From an uncultured Poribacteria bacterium (GTDB lineage: Bacteria; Poribacteria; WGA-4E; WGA-3G): a stretch of 64,000 nucleotides of DNA. A model generated the notes under the pieces. It was given only the letters and a program-made list of their open reading frames with translations, made no database searches and had not been told where the DNA came from. This document shows positions 36,226-45,904 of the stretch, in pieces; position 1 is the stretch's first letter; the number at the start of each line of letters is the position of its first letter. The translations under genes were made by a program, and so were the position numbers. The DNA is taken from contig OX639992.1 of NCBI GenBank assembly GCA_951828515.1, forward strand, positions 1,352,439-1,416,438, given 5' to 3'.

Positions 36226-37446
36226 CTAAAAGAAATCGCTTTCTTGAAGAGATTCTGCTGCAAATATTGTCAAGCATAATTCTTCGTTGAAAAGTTCATA
36301 GATAGGTATTTTTCCGCTCAAGTGTTCACTTTCGTTTAGAATGATGCCGACACCTTCCCCACGTCCTTCTAAAAAGTGTCTCCGCTTTACTTGACTTCCT
36401 ACATCGTCATCTAAAGTAATTTCCGACAGTAAACGTGCTAAGAGTTCATTACGCGTGGCTTGGCTATAACGTAATTTATCAATTGTTACAGTATTTGCTA
36501 ATGCCCCTGGGGAATATAACTCAAGCCGGTCAGCAAACATGAACAGCCGTATTTTTGAGCCGTATTTTGAATAATCTCTATGCACAACTGCGTTAACAAC
36601 TGCCTCGAATACAGCGCGCAGACTGTATTGGGGTTGGTCTATCCTGCCAATTTCCTTACGCGCTGATACCTTGTTGTGTTTTTGAACAAATTTAAAGGCA
36701 TCTACAATCTGTTGGTCAAGTGGTCCCCTAAAATCTTTTGCATCTATCTGGTAGTTGGCATCTTTTTTTTTACCACTATAGTAAACGGCTTGAATAAAAC
36801 TGTTATATAGGTAATCATCAGGTGTGTCGTAACACATCAAAACACCAGCTACAGAAGCCCGAGTTTCACGCCCCTCTCTAACGAGTAAACTTCTTTTCAG
36901 GAGTAGGTCTTCTATATCATCTTCAGAGGCATCTTCTGTGATGAATCGTTGATAGAGGTGTTCTCTTAATGTGCCCTTATATGTATTAGGGACGAACTGT
37001 TCATTAAATGCAATAATCCTTGCTTGGGAACGGCTCTGTAATATCCGCGCTAATTGCTCAGTAGACATCTCCCTTTTGCTGCTCCCCTGTCTTGTGAAAT
37101 AACCGTTAGACGTTTTGTGTACAAAAAGGCTCCTCGGCACCTCTATTTTCAGTAAGTTTTTGTCATCAATCCGTAATTTCTCTGTGAAAGTGGGAACGGT
37201 GGGTTCAATGCTGTCATTGCATATTTCAACAACCGTTTTTTCTACACTATCCAATTTCTGCAGTTCAATTCCGACGATTTCTCTATCGTCGTCAATACCG
37301 ATGAGTATCATCCCGCCTTGGGTGTTCGCAAATGCTGCGATCTCGTCAGCAAGACTATTTTTGTGAGGCATCTCCCTTTTGAATTCAATCGTTGAGTCTT
37401 CACCAAGCATAATTTTTTCAAGAAGTTCGGTTAGACTGTAATACAT
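36226..37446 (-). CDS. AlbA_2 (Schlafen-like putative DNA-binding) + HATPase_c_4 (RecG-C-terminal-like) domain protein
   Basis: N-terminal EDSTIEFKRE...LADEIAAFANTQGGMILIGIDDD (AlbA_2 hallmark) and C-terminal VVHRDYSKYGSKIRLFMFADRLELYSPG (HATPase_c_4 hallmark). ATG lies 2 nt after the stop of the upstream PHP-ATPase gene. Confidence 0.8.
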   Translation of the reverse strand: MYYSLTELLEKIMLGEDSTIEFKREMPHKNSLADEIAAFANTQGGMILIGIDDDREIVGIELQKLDSVEKTVVEICNDSIEPTVPTFTEKLRIDDKNLLKIEVPRSLFVHKTSNGYFTRQGSSKREMSTEQLARILQSRSQARIIAFNEQFVPNTYKGTLREHLYQRFITEDASEDDIEDLLLKRSLLVREGRETRASVAGVLMCYDTPDDYLYNSFIQAVYYSGKKKDANYQIDAKDFRGPLDQQIVDAFKFVQKHNKVSARKEIGRIDQPQYSLRAVFEAVVNAVVHRDYSKYGSKIRLFMFADRLELYSPGALANTVTIDKLRYSQATRNELLARLLSEITLDDDVGSQVKRRHFLEGRGEGVGIILNESEHLSGKIPIYELFNEELCLTIFAAESLQESDFF

Positions 37447-37448
37447 GA

Positions 37449-40082
37449 CTAATCTCCGAGATGAATACGCCTATAGCGTTGTTCAAACGCTTTTTCTCCG
37501 CCCTCAAGAATGTTGCATATAGATTTCCTAACTTTCTTTTGCTGTATACTTGCAGGATGTTGCACATAAGTTTGGCCTTCCACTACCTCAAGCGGTAAAA
37601 CCAATTCTGCATCACCGTTAACCACAATATTGGCATTGTGCGTCACAACAATAACCTGCCGTTTACTTTTTGTTTTTCGCAACTGTTTGACAATCAAGTC
37701 GTAAATTAACTCGTTGTCCAAATCGTCTTCGGGTTGGTCTAACAAGAGTGGTTCGTCTCCATAGAATAGGATGAATGCCAATAGTGCAGCTGCTCTCTCA
37801 CCAGGTGAGCCTATTTCTATCGGCTTACGATTGGCATCCAAGGTGATTTTCAACTTATCCTCGGGAAACCATAAGATGAGATTGATTATAGATTCTGGTG
37901 ACAACGATTGTAAACGAGTAGCGAACGATTTATGTTTGGCAGTCTTCTCTCCATTGCGAATACCTTCAAGTGTTTCTTTGAGTTTTTCAATTTTCTCGTC
38001 TCCACTGTTGCGATAAATCTTTTTTAAGTTTTTAAAATCCGAGGCAAAACGATCCTGACATTGCAGTATATTCCGAATCTCTTTCTCTATGCTATCCCAC
38101 TTTCCGCCAAAAGGCTGGACTTCAATGCTGACAAATTGACTGTCTTTTAGAACAGAAGCCAGAAATTTTTGCCGATTTTCTGAGAGTATTCTCCGATTCT
38201 CTTTAATTTCCATAAACACTCTCTGTTTTTCACCCTCTAAGTTATGCAAATCCGCCTTATGTTCACTAATTAAATCTAACTCTCTTTTTAAGTTCCTTTG
38301 TTGTGTCAATAGCAAAGGATATCTATCGGGGTCTATATTTTGCTGTTCAAGTTCGGAACGCAATTGCTCATACTGTGCCATATCTGTCTTGAGTGCTTGC
38401 ATCCAGTCTGCCGTATTTTTTTCAGTTTGCCACTCGGCGATAACCGAATTCGCCTTTTGTACCACTTCGCTTAACTGGTCATGGATAGACTGCCATTTCT
38501 CATTTGTTGTTTCTAAAGTCGACAAAATATCTGTGTGTTTGCTAAAATGCTGCGTATTAAAATCCGCCGGAGCAATAGAGTCTTGTGTCTCCAAAATCCG
38601 ACCGCGCAGCTCTTCCCATTTACGCTCCAAACTTTCAAGTTCGTTTAACTGCTGCCGCCGCCCGCGGTAATTTTGCAGCACTTCTTTATGCCCTGATTTT
38701 TCGATCTGCGCAATCTGTCTTGCGAGATCGTTGAACTCCCCGCACAGTTTGCTCTCCTCAGCGATTTTATCATTCAACTCTCGTCGTTTACTCTCAATTT
38801 GCTTGTATCGGTTTTCCAAGTCCCTTTTCTGTGTCTTAAGCTTAGCGGCATCAACTTTAGGTGCTTCATCAATAATCCTAATCAGGGCACTTGGCTTCTT
38901 AGCTAATTCAAAAATCTGCTTTTGACTATAAATACGGACCGGTAAAAGTGATTTAATCTCTCCATCAAAAGATTCCCAAGTGCCATCATCTTTTTCTACT
39001 TCCAAAGAGGAACAATCCTGAGTGAAGGACCAGTTCAAACGGTATCGCACTTCACCTTTGCGGTAGATTAACGATATTTTACTGTCCTCAATCAGTAGGT
39101 TAGTATCCCCTACTTCAAAGTATTTACGACTATCTCTAACTAACGGATCAGGAATGTCTTTATCGCGCCGAAGAGCCAAGCGCATGAACTCCAATAGTGT
39201 TGACTTGCCGCGTCCACGTCCACCAATTATGGTGTTGAGAAAGGGACTAAATCGGCAATTTAGTGGCTCAGAACGTCCAATGTATTTTGCTTTATCAACT
39301 TCTATACTTTGTATAAAGTAGTCGGGGGGATCGTTGGGGGTGTCGTTCATGTTGCGGTTTACAGATACATCACCGTCCTGTAGTGCAAGTTTTAGTCCTT
39401 CAATAGAAGGTTCATCCATTTTGACCCAAGTAAATGTGCCAAATGTCTCTTTACTGAAATCGTGTACATCAGAACCCCTAATTTCAGTCCACTGTAACTT
39501 TTCGTCTATATATAATTGGGGTTTTTGATAATTACTGTCCCATAACTCCATCGCGTCAATATTTTCATTTTCCAATATCTGTTGTAGTGTTAATCCGGTA
39601 AGTTTAAACAAACCCCTTATTTTATCAGCATGTGCGGGTATAGGAATGCCACCTCGTTCTGCGATTTCATCAACGACTTCAGTAATGCTTTTAATTGTTA
39701 CATCATCGCTATCTCCTTTCGTTCCTTTATAATCAACAGCATCAAGTAAATTATCAATACCACTCTTATTCTTGTTACGTCCAAATATCGCTAATATATG
39801 TACACCACCGTTTGCTGAAATTTCCACGCCCGGGAAGAGATATAAAGGCCGGTACCAGTGAGGTTGGTTTGCTTGTAGTTTTATCAATTCTTGCTGCAGA
39901 ATACCTATCCAACCGCCACTGTTATGGTCAGTAATTGCTACACAGTCAATTTCCTTTTCCATGAATGCCCTTAACCAATCTTCAGCACCCAATTTTTTAT
40001 CATTGAAGTCTACCGAGGCGGGTGTGTGGGTATGAAAATCAACTTTCCACCACCGTGCCCCCGGAAATTGTAACTCATTCAT
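37449..40082 (-). CDS. PHP-domain phosphoesterase fused to an SMC/Rad50/OLD-like ABC ATPase with a long coiled coil (877 aa from the first ATG)
   Basis: PHP metal ligands WWKVDFHTHTP, AITDHNS, GVEIS, HILAIFG, PAHAD, GSDVHD. Walker A GGRGRGKST, about 300 aa of coiled coil, signature-like IGSPGERAAAL, Walker B/D-loop LLLDQPEDDLD and H-loop VIVVTHN. The first ATG at 40082 has a GAGGT Shine-Dalgarno sequence. Confidence 0.8.
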   Translation of the reverse strand: MNELQFPGARWWKVDFHTHTPASVDFNDKKLGAEDWLRAFMEKEIDCVAITDHNSGGWIGILQQELIKLQANQPHWYRPLYLFPGVEISANGGVHILAIFGRNKNKSGIDNLLDAVDYKGTKGDSDDVTIKSITEVVDEIAERGGIPIPAHADKIRGLFKLTGLTLQQILENENIDAMELWDSNYQKPQLYIDEKLQWTEIRGSDVHDFSKETFGTFTWVKMDEPSIEGLKLALQDGDVSVNRNMNDTPNDPPDYFIQSIEVDKAKYIGRSEPLNCRFSPFLNTIIGGRGRGKSTLLEFMRLALRRDKDIPDPLVRDSRKYFEVGDTNLLIEDSKISLIYRKGEVRYRLNWSFTQDCSSLEVEKDDGTWESFDGEIKSLLPVRIYSQKQIFELAKKPSALIRIIDEAPKVDAAKLKTQKRDLENRYKQIESKRRELNDKIAEESKLCGEFNDLARQIAQIEKSGHKEVLQNYRGRRQQLNELESLERKWEELRGRILETQDSIAPADFNTQHFSKHTDILSTLETTNEKWQSIHDQLSEVVQKANSVIAEWQTEKNTADWMQALKTDMAQYEQLRSELEQQNIDPDRYPLLLTQQRNLKRELDLISEHKADLHNLEGEKQRVFMEIKENRRILSENRQKFLASVLKDSQFVSIEVQPFGGKWDSIEKEIRNILQCQDRFASDFKNLKKIYRNSGDEKIEKLKETLEGIRNGEKTAKHKSFATRLQSLSPESIINLILWFPEDKLKITLDANRKPIEIGSPGERAAALLAFILFYGDEPLLLDQPEDDLDNELIYDLIVKQLRKTKSKRQVIVVTHNANIVVNGDAELVLPLEVVEGQTYVQHPASIQQKKVRKSICNILEGGEKAFEQRYRRIHLGD

Positions 40083-41185
40083 AACAGATACCTCGTAATT
40101 TATGGATACGCACAAGTATGTTGACTATTATACTCAAAATTAGATGTTGTTAACAATTTCTTAATATATCAATCAATAGTATACCGTTATCGCAGTTAGG
40201 TTTCAACAAATTTTATGCAATTCGCGTGGTGAGGATATCAGTCATCTTACCGCTATCGGGGTCTTGTAACGTGTGGGAGATAGATGACCGGTCTGTGGTG
40301 GCAGGAATCTTGGGTTCCAGAACAGAAGAATCTTCACTTGTTTGTCCTGCGCGAGTATCCGAACAAGATGCTGATATAAGTCGTGAGGTGAATAGTTCGC
40401 TTGCGGAAGTGGAGATGAACGAATCGAGATGTGGTTTTGATATCCGTGTATCTTCTGCGTAGCATTTGCACTGGATGGCGCAGTATCCGCCATCGCGTTC
40501 TTGTAAATTCTATTAAATAACCCAAGTGGCTATGTTAAAAAGTTATAGATATTCAAGTACAATTTATATTGGACAATGAGAGATGTTTCAACGATACACA
40601 TGTCGCCCCTTTGGGACTTTAGACTTGGGGTGATCGCGTTTCTACACACATACCGCCCCGCTGGGGCTTGGAGCAAACGACTCGCGATTTTCTATACCCA
40701 ATTGCTGAAGGAAACCCGAAAAAACCCAAAATGTAATGAAAATAATCACACTTATTTGAAAGTGGTAACTTGGGTTAAATAAATTTGCTTTTCCAAGTTA
40801 AATATGTTATCATATATAATGTAAATTTGAATTAGTATTCAGGCATAAAAAAAACAAAGGAAATGTTACACTTCCGTCGAATTATTTTTTTCGCGACAGA
40901 ACATCCGTCCTGAAAACGGCTCGGAACCCAGACGGCACCTACGGTGAAAATACTGATCGCTGCACCTGCAATGTTACACTGGTGTAACATTTTAAGGCAT
41001 CAACAGCGCAATAAATTGCGCTACTACGAACCAAGTTGAATGCCCTCTTTCTGTTGAATGCCCTCTTTCTATAGACATAGCACTCCGCTGGCGTGCGGAA
41101 AAAGTTTGAAAAATCGTATTCAAACTATGGAATTGATTCGTAGCAACTTGGGTTAGAATATTACACTTTACCAAGGTAACGTTTC

Positions 41186-41938
41186 ATGGGAACAAAATCA
41201 ATCGGCTTGCGCGTCCCTCTTCTATTGCGGGATATGTATGAAACCGCAATAAACTTCCTCTATCCCGCAGAATGCCGGGTTTGTGAGGAATTCCTTGGGA
41301 CTACGTCTATACCGTATATCTGCAATAACTGCTGGCAGGATATTCAATTCGTCGAACCGCCTTGGTGCGATATATGTGGCATGCCGGGTATCGATGGACT
41401 TTGTGATGCGTGTGCTATCACCCCACCGCGTTATGGAAAACTGAGATCCGTAGCATTTTACCAAACCACACTCCAACACGCAATACATTTCTTTAAATTT
41501 GAAAAGAAAAAGGTGTTTGCACGACACCTGACTCAACTGCTAAACGCACATATCCCTTCGGACTGCAGGATTGCGGAATACGACTTTGTTTTGCCCATTC
41601 CAATTCATAAGAAGCGGCTCCGGGAACGCGGTTTCAATCAGGCGATGCTCCTTGCCAATGGAATGGCAACAGCGGAAGGTGTACCCATTCTCGCGAATAC
41701 GCTGATTCGGAATCGACACACAATCGCACAAAGTAGTTTGGATAGAGAGGCGCGCCAGCAGAATCTGATCGGTGCTTTTGAAATCCGGAACCCAGATATT
41801 ATCCGTGGAAAACGACTCCTGATCTTTGATGATGTTTTCACTACCGGTGCTACGATTCATGAAGCAGTGAGTGAATTATGGACTGCCGATCCAGTTGAAA
41901 TCGATGTTCTAACACTGGCGAGAACCTCGGACAATTAA
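41186..41938 (+). CDS. comF: ComF-family protein (phosphoribosyltransferase domain with N-terminal Cys4 zinc finger)
   Basis: C-x2-C...C-x2-C near the N-terminus (CRVCEEF...CNNCW...CDICG...CDAC) and the PRTase motif LIFDDVFTTGATI. Confidence 0.75.
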   Translation: MGTKSIGLRVPLLLRDMYETAINFLYPAECRVCEEFLGTTSIPYICNNCWQDIQFVEPPWCDICGMPGIDGLCDACAITPPRYGKLRSVAFYQTTLQHAIHFFKFEKKKVFARHLTQLLNAHIPSDCRIAEYDFVLPIPIHKKRLRERGFNQAMLLANGMATAEGVPILANTLIRNRHTIAQSSLDREARQQNLIGAFEIRNPDIIRGKRLLIFDDVFTTGATIHEAVSELWTADPVEIDVLTLARTSDN

Positions 41939-42102
41939 GAATCGTGAAACTTTTTTCGTTTATATTGCGTATTATATGAAGGTTCACGCTATAACAAGGA
42001 TGTAGACACACCTTCGCATTGTAAGGCGAACGTCTGGAAGTCACATCTTAAAACTGCTTATCATTTCGATAATCATCTAAATTTATAGTGGGAGGTTAAC
42101 CT

Positions 42103-45100
42103 TTGCACTTAAACAGCATCAAAATTCGTGGATTTAAGAGTTTCGCCGAAGAAATTGAGCTCATACTTGAACCCGGCATCACTACTATTGTCGGACCCAA
42201 CGGTTGTGGAAAAAGCAACGTTTCCGATGCAATTCGATGGGTGCTGGGGGAACAGAGTGCTCGCTCGCTCCGATGTACCTCTATGCGTGATCTACTTTTC
42301 AACGGTGGTGCTAATTTCGCGCCCGCGCAGAAAACAGAGGTAGCCCTGTGCTTTTCAAATGGAAATCCTGATGCCCACCCACAAGATGCTCCTGAACTTG
42401 CCTTGGCATCTCCAGGAGTTGAGGTGTCTCGCCACCTCGGTCGCAACGGTGAAAGCCGCTATCTGATTAATCAGAGCCCGTGTCGTCTCCGAGACATCAG
42501 CGAACTCTTTATGGACACAGGTATCGGCGTAGATGCTTACTCGGTTATGGAACAGAGTAAGATTGATTTGATCCTGAACGTCCGCCCCGAAGAACGTCGG
42601 TTTCTCTTCGATGAGGTTGCCGGCATCACCAAGTATAAACATCGTAAGAAAACAGCACTCCGTAAACTTGAACAGACCGAACAAAACCTCGCCCGTATCA
42701 ACGATGTGATTCAGGAGTTACAGCGCGAAACTGAGTCCCTCAAGGAACAAGCAGAACAGGCACATCACTATAATACACAACAAGCGCGGTTAAAGCAGCT
42801 TGAGTTAGAACTCGCGCACCGAGAATATGATAAACTCCGTACAGATTATAACCAAGCCCAAGCCGACCTGGATGAGGTCTTAGCCACTGTCGCGAATGCT
42901 TCTGAAACCCTTAAAATCGCTGAAGAACGCATTGAGAACTCCACAAACCGCCGATCTGAGTTGGATGAAGCGATACGTGAAGGACAAACAGCACTTCGCG
43001 AGATTGAATCACAAATTGAGCAAATCGAACGTCAGATAGTGCTCCACAAGGAACGCCAACTCAACATCCAACGGGAGCGGGAACGGGCACTCCAAACGCT
43101 TGAATCCTTAAAATCACAACAAACCGGCATACTGACACAGCAGCGGGAGCGAAATCAAGAATATCAGAAACTTGAGGCATCCTGCAAGATAGAAGGGAGC
43201 CGATTGGCAGCACGTCAGCAACTTCTAACAGAACTCGCTGAACGGATCAGCGGCGCCAAAGATGCTGTACAAGAAACACAAATTGCCTTACAAGAGATTA
43301 CAACGGAGTTGACAGAACGCGAACGCGAACGCTTGGCGATCGAGCATACGTTGACAAGTTCCGAAGGGAATCTCAACCGCCTGAAAAAAAATAAGACAGC
43401 GTTAACCGCTGAACTCAGCACTGCCAACGATACTCGCGATGAAGTCCAGTATGCTGAAACACAATTGAAGGCAACACTCGTTCACATCGAAACTGAGAAA
43501 AACCAGGCAGAAATAGACCTCAGCGAGAGTCAAGATGCGCTCCGTAAGATTGAAGCCGAAATCCGAGACTTACAAAACACCTTAGGTGCCAATGTCTCAC
43601 GGTTCAAATCATTACAGGAATTGCAATCTGCGTATGAAGGATACTATGCCGGTGTTCGGGCGATAATGCAGGTGAAAACCCACTACCCCGACCAGTTTCA
43701 AGGCGTGTGTGGTGTCGTTGCCGAACTTGTCACAACGGGTACCGAGTATGAAGTTGCAATAGAGGTCGCTCTCGGGAGTGCTATCCAGAATGTCATTACT
43801 GAAACCGCTGAGGATGCACAAAGGGGTATCGCTTTTCTTAAACAGCATCGCGCAGGTAGGGTAACGTTCCTCCCTCTGGATATTTTACGTGGACGTAGAT
43901 TTGAGGCTAAGGAATTGTTGGACCAACCCGGTGTTATCGGAATCGCTGAGGAATTGATCGATTACGACCCGAAATACGAGACTGCGATGCGACATCTACT
44001 GGGCAATACGCTCGTTATTGAAGATTTGGATTCAGCAATCGCCCTGACCCGTCAGTTCCGTTCAAGTGCCCGCCTCGTCACGTTAGACGGCGAAGTCATT
44101 AATACATCTGGTGCCATCACTGGTGGTCAAACAGGTCAGAAGCAGATCGGGTTGCTCAGTCGTGCCCGGGAACTTGAGACGCTTGAGGACGAGATTGGGA
44201 AGTTGACCCAAAACTCGAATAAGAAGGATCAGAAGCGTAAGGCGTACGCCGCAGCAATAGCGAATCTGCAAAAAACGCGGCAGACGCTCACTGCACAGTG
44301 GCAGGATAAACGGGTTGAAAAAGCGTCATTGACGAAAGACTTAGAGCAGGCAAATCTCCAGGTTATCCGGCTCGAACAACAACTCACTACGGTTGCGGCA
44401 GAAAACCGCGAATTGGACACCGCAGTAGCGGCATCGCGCGAAGAACAACAGGCACTTGAAACTGAAATCCAGGCGTTGACGCAAAAGAAGACTCGTACCC
44501 AACGATGGATTGAACGAATGTCCGAGCAGATTGAAAGCGAAAACCGGAAACACACTGAAGTCGCGAGCAGTTGTCAGGAGATGGAAGTTTTCTTGGCAGG
44601 CCAGCGTCAGAAACTTGAGGGTTTAGCGTCCGAAATCCAAACGTTCAAGGAAACACAAGCGCGAATAGAAAAGGATATCGCTGAACAACAAGCAATCATT
44701 GACACAGATGAACAGAGAAAAAGCGACCTCGTGGAGCAGGTAGCCGCGGCGCAACGCGAGTTCCTCCGTTTAGAAGGGGATCGCGCCGTAGCCGAATCAC
44801 GCGTTGATGAGTTGACCGAAGAACGTGAGACACTCCTTCAGGAGGTAGAGGTCCTCCAAAAGGAGATGCGTGCAACCCGTAGAACCTTTGAGAGACAGAA
44901 CCGTACGCGTCATAAACTCGAAGTCGCCACAACACAATTTGAGATGCGCATAAAATCGGTCTCAACCCGTATCCACGATAAATATCAGGTTTCGATTGAT
45001 TCCCTACCACCGATAACGGATAACGAACAAGCGATGGATGAGATTGATCTGTTGGATAGCATTGAGAAGTTGAAAGCGGAACTCTCTGGAATGGGTGCAG

Positions 45101-45687
45101 TAAACCTCAAGGCGATTGAGACTTATGAGGAATATAAGAAACGCTACGATTTCCTTATTTCCCAGCGCGCTGATCTTGAACAGTCGACGCAAGACACTTA
45201 TCAGGCGATACAGAAAATTAACCAGACATCAAGAGAAGTGTTTCTTAAGACGTTTGAAGAGGTGCAGACGAACTTCCAAGAGGTTTTTACACAACTCTTT
45301 GGCGGCGGCGAAACCGAATTGCTATTGACGGATCCGTCCGACGTGCTCGATTCGGGCATTGACATTATTGCTCGTCCGCCAGGTAAACGTCCACAGAGCA
45401 TCACGCAGCTTTCTGGTGGAGAACGTTCGTTGGTGGCGATTGGACTTCTGTTTGCTGTCTTCAAAATCAAGCCGAGTCCTTTCTGTGTGCTCGATGAAGT
45501 CGATGCCGCGCTCGACGAAGCAAATGTCCTCCGCTTCACCAATCTGATCCGTGCTTATGCCGAGAATACGCAGTTTGTCATCATCACGCACAACCGTCGC
45601 ACGATGGAAATTGCCGATGCCATGTACGGTGTGACGATGGAACAGGCGGGTATCTCGAAAATTGTCTCTGCTAAGTTTGCGGAATAG
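42103..45687 (+). CDS. smc: Chromosome segregation protein SMC
   Basis: 1194 aa. Walker A GPNGCGKSNV, long coiled coils, hinge (...GVCGVVAELV...), C-terminal LSGGERSLVAIGLLFA and Walker B FCVLDEVDAALD. Confidence 0.95.
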   Translation: MHLNSIKIRGFKSFAEEIELILEPGITTIVGPNGCGKSNVSDAIRWVLGEQSARSLRCTSMRDLLFNGGANFAPAQKTEVALCFSNGNPDAHPQDAPELALASPGVEVSRHLGRNGESRYLINQSPCRLRDISELFMDTGIGVDAYSVMEQSKIDLILNVRPEERRFLFDEVAGITKYKHRKKTALRKLEQTEQNLARINDVIQELQRETESLKEQAEQAHHYNTQQARLKQLELELAHREYDKLRTDYNQAQADLDEVLATVANASETLKIAEERIENSTNRRSELDEAIREGQTALREIESQIEQIERQIVLHKERQLNIQRERERALQTLESLKSQQTGILTQQRERNQEYQKLEASCKIEGSRLAARQQLLTELAERISGAKDAVQETQIALQEITTELTERERERLAIEHTLTSSEGNLNRLKKNKTALTAELSTANDTRDEVQYAETQLKATLVHIETEKNQAEIDLSESQDALRKIEAEIRDLQNTLGANVSRFKSLQELQSAYEGYYAGVRAIMQVKTHYPDQFQGVCGVVAELVTTGTEYEVAIEVALGSAIQNVITETAEDAQRGIAFLKQHRAGRVTFLPLDILRGRRFEAKELLDQPGVIGIAEELIDYDPKYETAMRHLLGNTLVIEDLDSAIALTRQFRSSARLVTLDGEVINTSGAITGGQTGQKQIGLLSRARELETLEDEIGKLTQNSNKKDQKRKAYAAAIANLQKTRQTLTAQWQDKRVEKASLTKDLEQANLQVIRLEQQLTTVAAENRELDTAVAASREEQQALETEIQALTQKKTRTQRWIERMSEQIESENRKHTEVASSCQEMEVFLAGQRQKLEGLASEIQTFKETQARIEKDIAEQQAIIDTDEQRKSDLVEQVAAAQREFLRLEGDRAVAESRVDELTEERETLLQEVEVLQKEMRATRRTFERQNRTRHKLEVATTQFEMRIKSVSTRIHDKYQVSIDSLPPITDNEQAMDEIDLLDSIEKLKAELSGMGAVNLKAIETYEEYKKRYDFLISQRADLEQSTQDTYQAIQKINQTSREVFLKTFEEVQTNFQEVFTQLFGGGETELLLTDPSDVLDSGIDIIARPPGKRPQSITQLSGGERSLVAIGLLFAVFKIKPSPFCVLDEVDAALDEANVLRFTNLIRAYAENTQFVIITHNRRTMEIADAMYGVTMEQAGISKIVSAKFAE

Positions 45688-45904
45688 CCGTCGGCAGTCA
45701 GCAGTCAGCAGTCAGTAAGAGCAATCTACGGCAGGAATAGTCATCAGTGGTCAACAAGCGATTGTTTTCAAACTGCCTGATGTTAAAAAAGCAGTAAAGG
45801 ATAATCGGAAACCTGCGCAAGGAGCGCAGACCAGGAGGCCATAAATTAAAAAACTGAATCGAGACCTCCTCACAATTCTTCCGCTTCCTGAACGTCAGCA
45901 CAAA

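Noticed and set aside
40608-40626. 13-mer CTTTAGACTTGGG shared with the IS605 left-end hairpin, as a possible second IS605 end
   Set aside because: Similarity does not extend beyond the 13-mer and no tnpB-like ORF lies nearby; probably chance or a very old remnant.
40116-41185. Short ORFs (60-83 aa) in the AT-rich spacer upstream of the PHP-ATPase gene
   Set aside because: No RBS, mutually overlapping on both strands, and composed largely of repeat sequence; treated as non-coding.
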